Shown: positions 37,234 to 59,978 of the stretch, piece after piece
Position numbering within the stretch: the stretch's first letter is position 1
Layout of the letters: each line of letters starts with the position of its first letter
Assembly (NCBI RefSeq): GCF_009914755.1
Contig: NC_060927.1
Origin: the human T2T-CHM13v2.0 reference genome, Homo sapiens
DNA: 64,000 nucleotides
Direction: 5' to 3' (one strand)
The notes under the pieces: generated by a model
Database searches by the model: none
Told to the model about the DNA's origin: nothing
What the model saw: only the letters and a program-made list of their open reading frames with translations
Program-made: the position numbers and the translations under genes

Positions 37234-38563
37234 TTAAAATTCTGATCTGCAAATTTTCAGGGAGACTGATTTGAGTAATATAAAACTCCACTCTCCCGTA
37301 CAGCCAGCCCTGTGTGAATTACTCTTCCTCTATTGCAATTGCCTTGTCTTGACAAATAAGCTATGTCTAAGCAGCAGGCAAGGTGAACCCATTGGGTGGT
37401 TACAAGAGGGGAAAATGGCTTCCCTTTACCCTGCTCTGTTCTTTGGCTAGGCTACAAATTCAGTTGACATACGACAGATTAATAAAAGAAAAGGTATACA
37501 AATTTATTACATGCCAAAGGGCATCCCATGAAAGAAAAGTGAATACGCGATAACCCAGGGTGATCTAGAAGCTAATATACCCTCTTCCTAGAGGAGAGGT
37601 CAAAGGGAATGTAGGCAATTTAGGGAGTAGGAGTAGTAAATGAATTTTGGGAAGATGAATGGGCCCTCAGAAGAACAGGTGATAATCTGGGTGGGATAGA
37701 GAGAAGACAGAGCTCTAGTCTCTCCTCCTGATACGGAGTTAATCTTCATGACTTTTGAGTTCCTTTTGGAGGATCCATCTTTAGGCAAATAAGGGGGAAT
37801 TCAGAGAAAGCCTCTGCCTGAATCTGCCGTTCCACAAGTACCCTCGGTTCAAAGTAATCAGCATCCCAAAACATCATGTTTCGCTATGGCATTTCCTGCT
37901 CTCAGGTAATAAAAATTGTCTCTGAGCAGCCCTCTTCCTGATACAGATACTTTTACTAGTATAGGCTTCCTCTATAGATGCAAATTTCTTGTACAAAAGG
38001 ACAGCTTTTTAGAGCTGCTCCTGTCTGCAGTTTCTCAGAATAACCAGCTTGAAATATGCCAAGGAAGTATATTTTGGGGCAGCATATTCTGGTCTCCTAC
38101 AGTCATATTTTGAGGTGGGGTATCCTGAGCTCCAACACCTCAACTGCTGACTAGATACCTAAAATGTAGTATAGCCATACAATGAAATATTATTTCATAA
38201 TAAAAAGGAATTAAATATTGATACATGCTACAATGTGGATAAACCTTGAAAACATTATGCTAAGTAGAAGAAGCCAGTCACAAAAGACCACATATTGTAT
38301 AATTCCATTCATATAAAATGTCTAGATTAGGCAAATATATACAGATAGAAAGTAGATTAGTGATTTCCTAGGGTTGAGGGAACAGGAGAGTGAGTAGACT
38401 GCTAATGGATATGGGGTTTCTTTTTGAAGAATTGAAATGTTCTAAACTTACATTTTGATGATGGTTGTACAACTCTGTGAACATAATAAAAGCACTGAAA
38501 TGTACACTTTAAATGGGTGAATTTTTATAATATGTGAATTATATCTCAATAAAAATGTTTTCA

Positions 38564-38895
<332 letters not shown>

Positions 38896-39017
38896 TCATT
38901 CTCTGGACTCTGTTTTGTTCCACTGATGTATGTGTCCATCCTTTTGCCAATATTACTTTACCCTGATTATCTATCTTTGTAGTAAGACTTGAAATCAGGT
39001 ACTATGAGTCCTCCAAC

Positions 39018-39533
39018 TTTGTTTGTTTGTTTGTTTTTGTTGTTTGTTTGTTTTTAGCTCACTTCAGTCTCTAACTCTTGGGCTCAAGCAATTCTCTCAC
39101 CTCAGCCTCTCTAGTAGCTAGGGCCACAGGTGTGCACTATCACACCCAGCTAATTTTCTTTTGTTTTCCTCACTGCAATCTCCACCTCCCAGGTTCAAGC
39201 GATTCTCCTGCCTCAGCCTCCTGAGTAGCTGGGACTACAGGTGCGTACCACCACATCTGGCTAATTTTTTGTATTTTTAGTAGAGACAGAGTTTCTCTGT
39301 GTTGGCCAGGATGGTCTCGATCTCCTGACATTGTGATCTGCCCGCCTTGGCCTCCCAAAGTGCTGGGATTACAGGCGTGAGCCACCGCACCCAGCCTCCA
39401 GCTAATTTGAAAAATGTTTTTCTGGAGATGGGGTGTCTCTATGTTACCCAGGCTGGTCTTGAACTCCTGGCCACAAGTGATGCATCTTGGCTCCCAAAGT
39501 GCTCAGATTACAGGCATGAGCCACCGCACCTAG
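39018..39533 (-). mobile_element. AluJ with nested AluS fragment
   Basis: J arms at 39018-39155 and 39398-39533; S element between. Confidence 0.85.
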
Positions 39534-39848
39534 ACTTCTTCTTCTTTTTCAAAATTGTTTTGACCATTCTAGTTCCTTTTCTTTTCCACGTAATTCTTAG
39601 AATCAGCTTGTAGACTACCAAAATATTGCTAGAACTTTAAAACCAATTGCACTGAATGTACAGATCAATTTAAGACACCTTAATAATATTGAGTCTTCTT
39701 ATCCATGAACATGATATATCTTGTCGTTTGTTTTAGTCTCCTTTGATTTCTCTCATCAGGGTTTTGTAGTTTTCTGTGTAAATCTGCTGCACACATTTTG
39801 TTAGATTTATACCTATTTCACATCTTTTGGTGTTATCATAAAGGATAC

Positions 39849-40835
<987 letters not shown>

Positions 40836-40860
40836 ACAATGATTTTTACATTTCTTCGTC

Positions 40861-41522
<662 letters not shown>

Positions 41523-41718
41523 CAATTTTCACTGTACAGAATTAAAATTGGTTTTTTATTGACCACATATCCTGTGACCTTGCTAAGTTGCTTATTACTT
41601 ATAGTAGGACATTTTTGTAGATTCTTTGAGATTTTCTATATAGACGATTATGTAATCTGTTAGTATAGTTTTATTTCTTCCTTTTCAATCTATATGCTTT
41701 TTTATAATCTTAATGTAA

Positions 41719-42238
<520 letters not shown>

Positions 42239-42298
42239 TAGACTTTCTTTTCAAATGCCTTTCTTGTGGGTGCATTTTTTGAGATCATCATATGGTTT

Positions 42299-43221
42299 TG
42301 TAACAGCCCAAGAGGTTCTTCTTGCCCACTGCCCAGAAAAGCCAATGCACTGAGAACAGCAGGTTTTGCAGCAAAGAACATGTTTAATTGCAAGGCCAGC
42401 CAAGCGAGAAGATGAGACAATTCTCAAATCTGCCTCCCAGAGAATGCGGAGGCTAGGGTTTTAAGGATAGTTTGGCAGGCAGGGAGCTAGGGAATGGGAA
42501 ATACTGATTGGTTTGGTCAGGGATGAAACCACAGGGTTATCAAAACTGTCTCTGTGCCTCTGTCAGTTCCTGGGTGGGGGTCACAAGTCTGGGTGGCATC
42601 AGTTGTTCCACCAGAATGCAATGCCTGAAAAATATCACAAATACCAATGTTAGGTTTTACAATAGTGATGTTACCTATAGGGGCAACTAGAGAAATTATA
42701 AATCTCGTGACCACTAGCTGTATGAATTCTGAGCAGTAAGCAAGTTAGAAAACAATGGCTAGTTATTATTAAACTCTGCATAGGTCGTCGCAGAATTCAG
42801 GACCCACCTATAATTCTAATCTTATGGCCTTTCATAAGTTTTACAAAGGCAATGTCAGTACCCAAACAAGGAGAGGGTAATTTGGGAAGGGACTGCTATC
42901 ATCCTTGCTTTAAGGTTAAATTATTAACTAAATTCCTCCCAGGAGTTCCTGCCCAGGAATTGGCAAGGGCAGTTAGCTTATGAGTTTACAAGGAAGTTGG
43001 AGCCTGCTATATTAAATTTCTCTGTGTCTTTTTGGGAAAGGGCTATTACCAATTTTGTTTCAGAGTCAAATCATGAACTGAATTCCTTCCCAAAGTTAGT
43101 TTGGCATCCACCCAAGAATGTACAAGGACAGCTTGAAGGTCAGAAGCAAGATGGAGTCAGTTAGATCTGATCTCTTTCACTGCCATAATTTCCTCAGTTA
43201 TAATTTTTGCAAAGGCGGTTT
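42299..43221 (-). mobile_element. LTR8A-like LTR plus PABL/LTR8-like U3 fragment
   Basis: tgtaacagcccaagaggttcttcttgccc...; second related U3 block 43022-43221 ending gcaaaggcggttt(ca). Confidence 0.7.
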
Positions 43222-44240
<1,019 letters not shown>

Positions 44241-44629
44241 GTTTCAATGATATTTTGTTGTAGCAGCAGGAACAAGTTAAGAATTATTATCCTCTTTATT
44301 ATTGGTCTCAAAATCCCAGGCTCAAGCAATCCTCCCACCTGGGGCCTCCCAAAGTGTTGGGACTACAGGTGTGAGCCACTGCAGGGCCTACGGTTCTTAT
44401 ATATTGCTAAATTCACTTTGTGATATGAAGGATATTGGTTAATAAAGGATATATTGTTCTATAGGTTCTCTCTCCACCCACCTTGTAATGTCTTAGACTG
44501 GCTTTAGCATCAGGGTAAGTCAAATATAAATTAAAATGAGTTGGGAAGTATCCCTCCTCCTTCATGTTCTGGGAGAGTTGGTGTAGGATTGAGATTATTT
44601 CTTCTCTAAATATGTGAATCAGGGCTTCT

Positions 44630-45665
<1,036 letters not shown>

Positions 45666-45934
45666 AAGAAGTGACCCTCATCAGCCAGTCTGGAAAACCA
45701 GTGCTGTACATCAGCTATGGGCCAGCTTATGACCAGGGTGGCCCAGTTGAAATTTTCCCTCCCTCTACTTTGGCAGGGTCAACCATGCATCCAAGGGAGA
45801 GTTCCTCCCCAACCTGCATATCACAGGTCTCCAGGCCAACCTCCAAGACCCAAAGGACCCATCTTCACTACAAATGGATCCCCATGGAAGACAGCCATAT
45901 GGCTGACACTAACTCCCACTTTCAAGAATAGACA

Positions 45935-46204
45935 GGCCGGGCACCATGGCTCATGCCTATAATCCCAGCAGTTTGGGAGTCCGAGCCGGGCTGATCACTT
46001 GAGGTCAAGAGTTCGAGACCAGCCTGGCCAAGTAGTGAAACCTCATCTCTACAAAAGTACAAAAATTAGCCAGCTGTGGTGGTGAGTGCCTGTAATCCCA
46101 GCTACTGGGGAGGCTGAGGCACAAGAATCACTTGAACCCGGGAGGCAGAGACTGCAATCACGGCACTGCACTCCAGCCTGGGGAACAAGAGTAAAACTCC
46201 GTCT

Positions 46205-46272
<68 letters not shown>
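45935..46272 (+). mobile_element. Alu with A/(TA)n tail in DUSP5 pseudogene
   Basis: Inserted between SHFQE and DFIGCV codons. Confidence 0.95.
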
Positions 46273-46276
<4 letters not shown>

Positions 46277-47361
46277 ATGGACTTCATTGGCTGTGTCAGG
46301 GGAAAAGGAGGCAAGGTCCTGGTCCACTGTGAGGCTGGAATCTCCCATTCACCCACCAGCTGCAAGTCTTCCCCCATGAAGACCAGACAGCTCTGCCTGA
46401 AGGAGACCTTCAATTACATCAAGCAGAGGAGGAGCATGATCTGGTCCAATTTTGGCTTCATGGACCAGCTCCTACAGAAGGAATCTGAGATCCCACCCTC
46501 CACGCCCACCCCCAGCCTCCCTCTTGCCAAGCGAGGCAGCAGGCTCTTCACTGAAGGTCATTTGCAGATACTGAGCCCAGGCCTGCAGGATGCCTACTGC
46601 ACATTCCCTTCCCCGGTGCTGGCACTGGTGCCCACCCACCGGACAGTCTAAGAGTTCAGCAGGATCCCTGTGGCCACAGCCACATCCTGCTAAAACTGGG
46701 ATGGAGGAACCAGCCCAACCCCAAGAGCAACTGTGACTTTTGTTTCTAAGACTCGTGGACACTTCATCCCAGTGCAATACTGAAGACCTCACTCTGTCAC
46801 ACTGCCCCAGTGAGATAGTGAGTGCTCACCAGGCTTGCAAATGAACTTCAGGCTGACCTCAGGGTAGGTTCTCAAAACACCAAAGGAGGGCCAAGCCATT
46901 ATGGGAGCAGAGCATGTGCTGACTACTGTGCATCCAGACCCCCTGCCCTCTCAGGACTGCCCAGTCCTTGCACCTCAAAGTTCGCCTTTTCATTTAAAGC
47001 GTAAGGCAATAAATACCCTGCAGCAGCATGGGAGAAATAAGTTGCTGGACAAGGAGAAAAGGCAGTTGGGAAACCAATTCATTTGGAAGGAAGCACAATT
47101 TCCACCTTCTTTTCTGAACTTTGGCAGTCTCACTGTCTGTCTCTGTTGCTTCAGGGCATAAGCTGATCACCATGTAGCCAGGAAGGTAACCCTGCAGGGT
47201 TTGTAGGGGCATGATATATGCACTGATTTAAACCCTGACATGTTTTTAAGATTCTTTCTTGGGTCCAATGGAGGCAGTTGGTTAAAGTAGCAAGGCGTTG
47301 GCTTTCCTGGGTTTCTTTTTCATCATGGGTTATTCCCTGACCTTTGAGTTTGGCATGATTC

Positions 47362-47661
<300 letters not shown>

Positions 47662-48195
47662 TGGCATGATTCTTATTCATACTTTACAACACGTCTCATT
47701 ACACCTCTTCTCTTCTCTTTACCCCTTTTCTCAAATGAAGCAACTCTTTGGGAAAAGTGTTTTTCAGATCATAAACAAAAAACTTATACCTTTCAGGCGG
47801 CGGCAGGGGGTGCCAGGAGGGAGGGGGTACCTGCTGTGTGTTCTAGGTCAGTGGTGTTGAACACAATGGTTTCCTCAGCTTGCTGTCCTATATGCTTGGT
47901 CTCTTACTACAGTTGTTTCCCTCCCTGACCCTGAGGGTTGTCTTCAAACTACTCATTTCTGGGATTTGTAGATTTTGCAATGTGGTACTACTTTTTTTTT
48001 TTTGTCTGTGGGTTATTTCTGCAGGGGAAAAGGCAATAATTTTCTAAAACCCATATGAATGTGAGGAAAAGAAGTATGTGACTGGTTGTTGGTTTTTTTT
48101 TTTTTATGGTGCAAAAAAATAGTAAAAGGAAATAAACAAATATCTGAACCAATTTAGCAGTGAAGCTATCTAGCCCTGCAGTTTATTTTGTTTGA

Positions 48196-48490
<295 letters not shown>

Positions 48491-48530
48491 CTATTTAGTT
48501 AGAATTTTTAAAACTAGAAATCCAATTTCT

Positions 48531-48814
48531 GGCTGGGCACAGTAACTTATGCCTGTAATACAAGCACTTTGGGAGGCTGAGGCAGGTGGATCACTTGAGC
48601 CCAGTAATTCAAGATCAGCCTGGGCAACATGGGGAAAGCCCATCTCTACAAAAAACACAAAAATTAGCCAGGTATGATGGCACATGCCTGTAATCCCAGG
48701 TACTCAGGAGGCTGAGGTGGGAGGATCATCTCAGCCCAGGGAGGTTGAGACTGCAGTAAGCCTCTGCACTCCAGCCTGGGAGACAGAGTGAGACCTCCAT
48801 CTCAACAACAAAAA
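48531..48814 (+). mobile_element. AluJ
   Basis: TSD aaatccaatttct. Confidence 0.92.
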
Positions 48815-49084
48815 ATCCAATTTCTTTTACAGATATTGGACAATTCAGGTTATCTCTTCTTAAATGAGCTTGGCAGTTTGTGTCTTTTAAGGAATTTGTC
48901 TGCTTTATCTAAGTTGTCAAGTTTACAGCCATATGTTTCTTGGTAATATTCCCTTATTTTCCTTTTAATGCTTTTAGGATGTGTAGGGGTGTCCCCTTTT
49001 TGGTTCTTTATCTTTTAAAAAATTTAGATTATATCACATAGCAAAATCAACAATTTAAAGTGTACAATTCAGGGGTATTCAGCA

Positions 49085-49594
49085 TGTAATCGCCCAATGA
49101 TTTCTTCCTGCCTGCTGCACAGACAAAACCAATTCACTGAGACCCTGGTATTGCAGTAGAGAAAGAGATTAATTAATGCAAGACAGCTGAGCAAAAGGAC
49201 TAAAGTTATCACTCAAATCAGTCTTCCAGAGAACTCAGAAGCTAGGATTTTTATGGATAATTTGGCAGGCGGGGGCTAGGGAATGGGTGCTGCTGACTGG
49301 TTGGGGATAAAATCATAGGGATGTGGAAAACAGTCCCCATGTGCTGAGTCTGCCTCTGGTGGGTGGGTCCATAGGACCAACTGAGTCATGAGTCACAGGT
49401 CTAGATGGGGTCAGTTAGTTGCCAGAATATAAAAATCTGAAAAACATCTCAAAAGACCAATCTTAGGTTCTATAATAGTGATGTTATCTATAAGCACAAC
49501 TGGGGAAGTCACAAATCCTGTGAGGCTAGACGTGAGATGGAGTTAGCCATGCTAGGCTTCTCTCACTGTCATAGTCATTGCACATGCAATTTCA
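49085..49594 (-). mobile_element. LTR8A-like solo LTR (internally deleted) within an L1MB 3' end
   Basis: tgtaatcgcccaatgatttcttcctgcc...catgcaatttca. Confidence 0.75.
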
Positions 49595-49807
49595 ATCACA
49601 TACAAAATGTGCAACCACCACCTAAATCTAGTTCCAAAGTATTTTCATCACCACCCTCCCAAAAACCCATACCTATTAAACAGTCAATCCTCATTTCTTT
49701 CTCCCCCCAGGATTAGCAACTTAAAAATTTTCTTTCTGTTTCTATGGATTTACGTATTCTAGATATTTCTTATAAATTATGTCATACAACTTATGGCATT
49801 TGTGTCT

Positions 49808-50122
<315 letters not shown>

Positions 50123-50450
50123 TAATTTTTTATTCTCATATTCTACTCTTATCACTTGGGTTTAAATTTTCTTCTTTCTTAATTTTGAAGTATGTCTTTC
50201 AGCAAGGACCTTTAAATAGTTAACCCTCTTGGCTTCTTCTCCTCCCTCATTCTTTTTATTCTTTCCTTCTAGAGCTCCTATTATATGCATAATGGACCTT
50301 CTTATTCAGTTCTTCACATCTCCTAACTACTAACTCTGTTCTATATCTCTCTAGGCTACATTCTAGATAATTCGTTCAGACCCATCTTCAAATTGATTAT
50401 TGTTTCCTTTACCTATAGTTCTTAAAATTTATTTTTAAATATAGAGATGG

Positions 50451-51202
<752 letters not shown>

Positions 51203-51267
51203 TCATCAGCTACATTTAGTCTGTATAACTCATTCGGTGAACTTTTGTTTTCATTGTTCTATTGACT

Positions 51268-51750
51268 TTTTTTTTTGAGACAAGAGTTTCGCTCTGTCAC
51301 CCAGGCTGCAGTACAATGGTGCAATCTCAGCTCACTACAACCTCCCCCTCCCAGATTCAAGCCATTCTCCTGCCTCAGCCTCCCAAATATCTGGAATTAC
51401 AGGCATGTGCTACCATGCCCGATTAATTTTTGTATTTTTAGTAGAGACAGGGTTTCAACATGTCAGCAAGGCTGGTCTCAAACTCCTGACCTCAGGTGAC
51501 CCACCCGCCTCAGCCTCCCAAAGTGCTGGGATTACAGGCATGCACCACCATGTCCGGGTATGTTAATTATTTTATTTATTTATTTTATTATAAAGACGGG
51601 GTCTCACTGTGTTGCCCAGTCTGGAGTGCAGTGGCTATTCACAGACACAATCATAACACACTGTTGCCTCAAACTCCTGGGCTCCAGTGATCCTCCTCCC
51701 TCAGCCTCCTGAGTGGCTGGGACTACAAGTGTACAGCATCATGCCTAGGT
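51268..51750 (-). mobile_element. Alu plus FRAM/right-arm monomer
   Basis: Antisense dimer 51268-51558 and monomer 51570-51750. Confidence 0.88.
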
Positions 51751-51950
51751 CAATGAACTTTTACTTCAGTGATTACATTTTTTCACTTGTAGAATTTCTA
51801 CAGTTGACCTTTGAACAAGACAAATTTGAACTGTGTGAGTCCACTTATATGTGGATTTTCTTCTGCCTCTGCCACTTCTGAGACATCAAGACCAATCCTT
51901 CTTCTTCCTCCTCCTCCTTAGCCTTCTCAATAAAAAAACAACAAGGATGA

Positions 51951-52243
51951 GGCTGGGTGCGGTGGCTCACGCCTGTAATCTCAGCACTTTGGGAGGCCGA
52001 GGCGGGCAGATCACGAGGTCAGGAGATCTAGACCATCCTGGCTAACACAGCTAAACCCCTTCTCTACTAAAAATACGAAGAATTAGCAGGGCATGTTGGC
52101 AGCTGCCTGTAATCCCAGTTACTCGGGAGGCTGAGGCAGGAGAATGGCTTTAACCTGGGAGGCGGAGCTTGCAGTGAGCCGAGATGGCGCCACTGCACTC
52201 CAGGCTGGGGGACAGAGCGAGACTCTGTCTCAAAAAAAAAAAA
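51951..52243 (+). mobile_element. Alu (Y-like)
   Basis: TSD aaggatga. Confidence 0.95.
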
Positions 52244-52315
52244 AGGATGAAGATCTTTATGATGATTGTATTAGTCCGTTTTCACACTGCTGGTAAAGAC
52301 ATAGCCAGGACTGAG

Positions 52316-52608
52316 TTATTTATTTATTTAGAGATGGGGTATCACTCTGTTGCCCAGGCTGGAGTGCAGTGGCAGGATCTCGGTTCACTGCAACCTCTGC
52401 CTCTGGGGTTCAAGAAATTCTCTGCCTCAGCCTCCTGAGTAGTTGGGATTACAGGCGCCTGCCTCCATGCTCGGCTAATTTTTGTATTTTTAGTAGACAC
52501 GAGGTTTCACCATCTTGGCCAGGCTGGTCTTGAACTCCTGACCTCGTGATCCACCCGCCTCAGCCTCCCAAAGTGCTGGGATTATGGGTGTGAGCCACCG
52601 CGCCCAGC
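52316..52608 (-). mobile_element. Alu
   Basis: Antisense dimer. Confidence 0.93.
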
Positions 52609-52644
52609 CAGGACTGGGGTAATTTATAAAGAAAAAGAGGTTTA

Positions 52645-53240
<596 letters not shown>

Positions 53241-53674
53241 GGAAAATAAAAGAAAAAGAGGTTTAATAGACTCACAGTTCCACGTGGCTGGGGAGGCCTC
53301 ACAATCATGGCAGAAGGCGAAAGGCATGTCTTACATGGCGGCAGACAAGAGAGAATGAGAGCCAAGCTAAAGGAGTTTCCCCTTATAAAATCATCAGATC
53401 CTGTGAGACGTATTCACTACCATGAGAACAGTATGGGGGAAACTGACCCCATGATTCAATTATCTCCCACCGGGTCCCTCCCACAACACGTGGGAATTAT
53501 GGGAGCTACAATTCAACATGAGATTTGGGTGGGGGCACAGCCAAACCATATCAATGATCCACTTCCACTTAATGAATAGTAAATATATTTTCTCTTCCTT
53601 ATGATTTTCTTAATAACATTTTCTCTTCTCTAGCTTACTTTATTGTAAGAATACAGTACATAATAAGCATAACA

Positions 53675-53981
53675 GCCTGGGCACAGTGGCTCATGCCTAT
53701 AATCCCAGTGCTTTGGAAAGCTGAGATGGGAGATTCACTTGAGGCCAGGAGTTTAAGACCAGCCTGGGCAACATAGTGAGACCCCCCCATCTCTACAAAA
53801 GACTTTTAAAAATAATTCGCTGGGCATGGTGGTGTGCACCTGTAGTCGTAGCTACTCAGGAGGCTGGTGCAGGAGGGTCTATTAAGCTCAGGAGTTCGAG
53901 GCTGCAGAGAACTATGATGATGTCACTACACTCTAGCCTGGGTGACAGAGTGAGACCCTGTCTCTTAAAAAAAAAAAAAAA
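53675..53981 (+). mobile_element. AluJ
   Basis: Dimer, no evident TSD. Confidence 0.9.
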
Positions 53982-54101
53982 GTTATAGGCAGATTTTTGA
54001 CTGTGTTGCTATGTCAATGCCCCAACCCCTGCACTGTTCGTGGGTTAACTGTATTTGGTTGTCTCTCCCACCTGTTTTTCTTTCATGTCATTCTGTTTTA
54101 G

Positions 54102-54438
<337 letters not shown>

Positions 54439-54819
54439 TCCTTTAGCTCTTTGAATATTCTAAACATATTTATAAAGCCTCTCTCAGATTTTAAATTTCT
54501 AGTTGTTGGGATAAAAATGTGCTCATCTGTGACATTTGTAGAATGTCCCCAATAATCATTCCTTTCCTTGTGTGCTTAATAATTTTGACTGTAAGATTAT
54601 CTTCAGCAAAGCCTCCTTCCCACAGGAATCTATGTGCCCTGGATTATAGAAATATTCTGCAGAGATATTTCACAATTTATCTATCAGGACCTGATGGGTA
54701 TCACCAATTCTAGAACATCTTTTAAGATTATTTCTTCACTTGGGATGCTTATCCTAATGTGGGGTAATGGATTCTGACTGTCCTTGTATCTGTACGTGTA
54801 GCAAAGATTTAGGATTCTC

Positions 54820-55200
54820 AGGTTAACTTTGTGACTCAATCATGACCTCAAGGACCCAAGAACTTTCCATCTTTCACTCTGCAGTCTACCTGCAATATTC
54901 TTCATCGTGGTCACAAGATGGCTGTGGCAGATATGGCCAACCTGAGGGAAAAGGAGGGGGGCATTTCTTCCCATGTATCTCTTTTATTACTGAGGGAAAC
55001 TTTTCCCAGAAGTCCCTTTGCAAACTTTCCGTGAGGTCTCAATGGCCAGAATGGGGGAAGCTGCCTACATCCCCTCCAGATGGGATCCCAAGAGGTGCTG
55101 GGAAAGTGAGTCCTGGCATTTTCCCATCTCTATAGAGGGGGTGAGCCCTCCCAGTGTAAAGAAAGGACAGGTAGGAGGTGGAAATGACTTTGCAAGTAAC
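54820..55200 (-). mobile_element. Old MLT1 (K/L-like) relic
   Basis: ggtcacaagatggctgtggcag...ttcccagaagtccc...aatggccagaatggg. Confidence 0.6.
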
Positions 55201-55299
55201 ATTTGTAATATTTCCAAACATTTTTGTGAGTATAAACCTAAAGAAAGGATATTTTGTCACCAATTCAGTCCACCATACTGACTGAAATTCAGTATTAGA

Positions 55300-55932
<633 letters not shown>

Positions 55933-56074
55933 TCATTTATTTTTAACAAATCTGTCTCAAGAATCCCTGCCTTTCTAACTAACATTCCAGGCATTACCTC
56001 TAGCAAGAAACCCAACCTATTTAGAAAGCCTAACTCTTTTTGTCATTTTGTGCCAGAAGGAAAGAACAAAATAA

Positions 56075-56395
<321 letters not shown>

Positions 56396-56482
56396 GAAAC
56401 ATCTGTTTTTGCCTGCCTCATGTTGGGTCTTTACAATGCATTGTTGCCTTTAGTCCTTTCACTGACCCAGTGAAATAGATGC

Positions 56483-56899
56483 TGATTTAGTCTGGATATT
56501 TGTCCCTACCCAAATCTCATGTTGAATTGTAATCCTCAATCCTGGAGGTGGGGCCTGGTGGGAAGTGTTTGGATCATGGAGGCACATGCATCATGGGTTG
56601 GTGCTGTCTTCATAATAGTGACCAGATAAAGATCTGGTCATTTAAAAGTGGGTGGCACCCCCCCCTGCCCCCAACACACTCTCTCTCTCTCTCTATCTCT
56701 CCTGCTTTTACCATGTGACGTGCCTGCTCCCCCTTTGCCTTCTCCATGATTGTAAGCTTCCTGAGGCTTCCCTAGAAGCTAAGCAGGTACCAGCACCTGC
56801 TTCCTATAAAGCCTGCAGAACTGTGAGCCAAGTAAACCTCTTTTCTTTATAGATTACCAGTCTCAGGTATTTATAGCAATGCAAGAATGGCCTGATACA
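56483..56899 (+). mobile_element. MSTB-like MaLR solo LTR in a MIR
   Basis: tgatttagtctggatatttgtccc...gcctgataca; 5-bp TSD gatgc. Confidence 0.88.
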
Positions 56900-57045
56900 G
56901 ATGCCAAGGTCCCCATTTTACAGATGAGGAAACTGAAGCTCAGAGAATAGAAGTGCCTTGTTCAAGGTCACACAGCCTAGAAGCCCAGCACTTCCAGGTC
57001 TGCCTGACTCTAAAGTCCCTGCTCTTTTCTTTGAGCCATTCTGCC
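56900..57045 (-). mobile_element. MIR
   Basis: cccattttacagatgaggaaactgaagctcagaga. Confidence 0.85.
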
Positions 57046-57698
57046 TCCATTCTCCTCATCCCAGTTATTTGTAAGGATTGGACTTGAGGATCAGGAAAGT
57101 AATTTTCTGGGCATCAACTGGGCCTAAAACATCCATCTTGAGGTCAGAAATTATCAGAGTGGAGCTTGTTATTAAGTAGTACACCAGACAGTCCCTTGAT
57201 TAGCAATACAAATGAAATTCCAGCAGACTGTCTCTGGGGATGCCATTTAGCAATATTAACTTGAGAACATAAATCAATCTGGCTGGAGAGTTAATTCCCT
57301 CCCTGATTCAGGAAGCTGTCCTGAGAGAGATATCCACTGGGGAACTCAGCCTCCTACTCCACATTTGCTGTGGATGAGATTTCAGAAGAACCATCCATTC
57401 CTATATGACTCAAACTGCTCTTCCTGGGAAGTCTACCCACTGGATTTGTTGTGTGCCTTGCCTGCAGGACTATGAACAAGGAACTCCCTAACCTTGTGCA
57501 ATGCTCCCTTCCAGGCCCTACATAGTGCGAATAGTGCGCATAGAGGCACTGCATACGTGCTTGCTTAATTAGTCGATTGATTAACAAACCGTTGACAACG
57601 CCAGCATTCAGTTGCTCCCAAATTATGTTGAAATGTGTGTGTTTACTGTGTTGAAATCTCCCAATGGTAGGATTAGTACTCATGAGGAAAACATGCCT

Positions 57699-57717
57699 CA
57701 ATGACACCTGCTGGTCT
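57699..57717 (-). promoter_or_regulatory. Candidate CTCF motif
   Basis: Minus strand GACCAGCAGGTGTCATTG is close to the CTCF core CCASYAGRKGGCR. Confidence 0.35.
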
Positions 57718-58088
57718 TTGAGGGTTTCCCAGGAGCAGTGACTTCTGCTACATACGGCCTTCCTGTACCCCAGATCTGAGGTTGTGGACTAATCGCTGCT
57801 CCTTACACTAGACTCTGGGCTGCCTTCCTTCCTTCCAGCCTTTGCCTGGTACTCCTACATGGCAGTACCTCCTTAGAACAAGGAGAGAGGGACCCTTGCT
57901 CTTGGCTCCTGCTCTAGAGGGCTCCATATCTCACAAACACATATGTGAAATTTATGTAAAGCCACTTCTGTCATTTGTGATCTGGTGCTCAGCACTGGCA
58001 CCATTCAACCCATAACCCTAAATATCCACTCTCAGGACCAACCCCATTCAGGCCCCAGGGAAATGCTTATCTACATCTCTAAAGACAA

Positions 58089-58410
58089 GGTTGGGGATGG
58101 TGGCTCACACCTGTAATCCTGGTACTTTGGGAGATCGAGGCAGGCAGATGGCTTGAGCCCAGGAGTTTGAGACCAGCCTGGGCAACATGGTGAATCCCCA
58201 TCTCTATGAAAATACAAAAACTAGCCAGGTGTGGTGGTGCACACATGTAGTCCCAGCTACGAGGGGGGCTGAGGTGGGGGGCTTGCTTGAGTCCAGGAGG
58301 TTGATGTCCCAGCAAGCCATGATTGTGCCACTACACTCCAGACTGGGGAACAGAGTGAGACCCTGTCTCTAAAAAACAACAACAAAAAAAAAAAAAAAAA
58401 AAAGAAAGAA
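58089..58410 (+). mobile_element. AluJ
   Basis: Dimer. Confidence 0.92.
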
Positions 58411-58594
58411 AGAAAAGGAAAAGATGACTGCATTCAAATGCCTTTCAGTTGGTTGTGCCATTGCTTACATTCAAGACAGACACTGTTTTAGGGTATGGGG
58501 AGGATTTGAGTGGTGGAATCACTTGGATAAGAGAGAAGACATATGAATTAAAAATTTGCCAAATCCATCCCTTCAGAAAGAATAAATGCAATAA

Positions 58595-59185
<591 letters not shown>

Positions 59186-59487
59186 TAGACTCTTGCACAA
59201 TGAAGCATTTTCCCCAGTTGTGTCAGAAGTACAATTCTCACTGCTCTCTATATTCCAATTTGTGGTTCCAGAAGTACTCACAAATTAGTTCTATACTCAC
59301 AAGCATTACACATGGTAACTGAGGAATATTTTGCAATATTGAGAATGTTATTACTCTTAACTTTGCGTACCAGTTCGTCTAGATATAATGTGAGTGAAAC
59401 GTGATACCGGTTATTTACATTGGCAGCTAGATGGGCACTGGCATTGCAAGTATAATTGCAAATGGTTTTAGGTTTCTAAAACTATTT

Positions 59488-59978
<491 letters not shown>

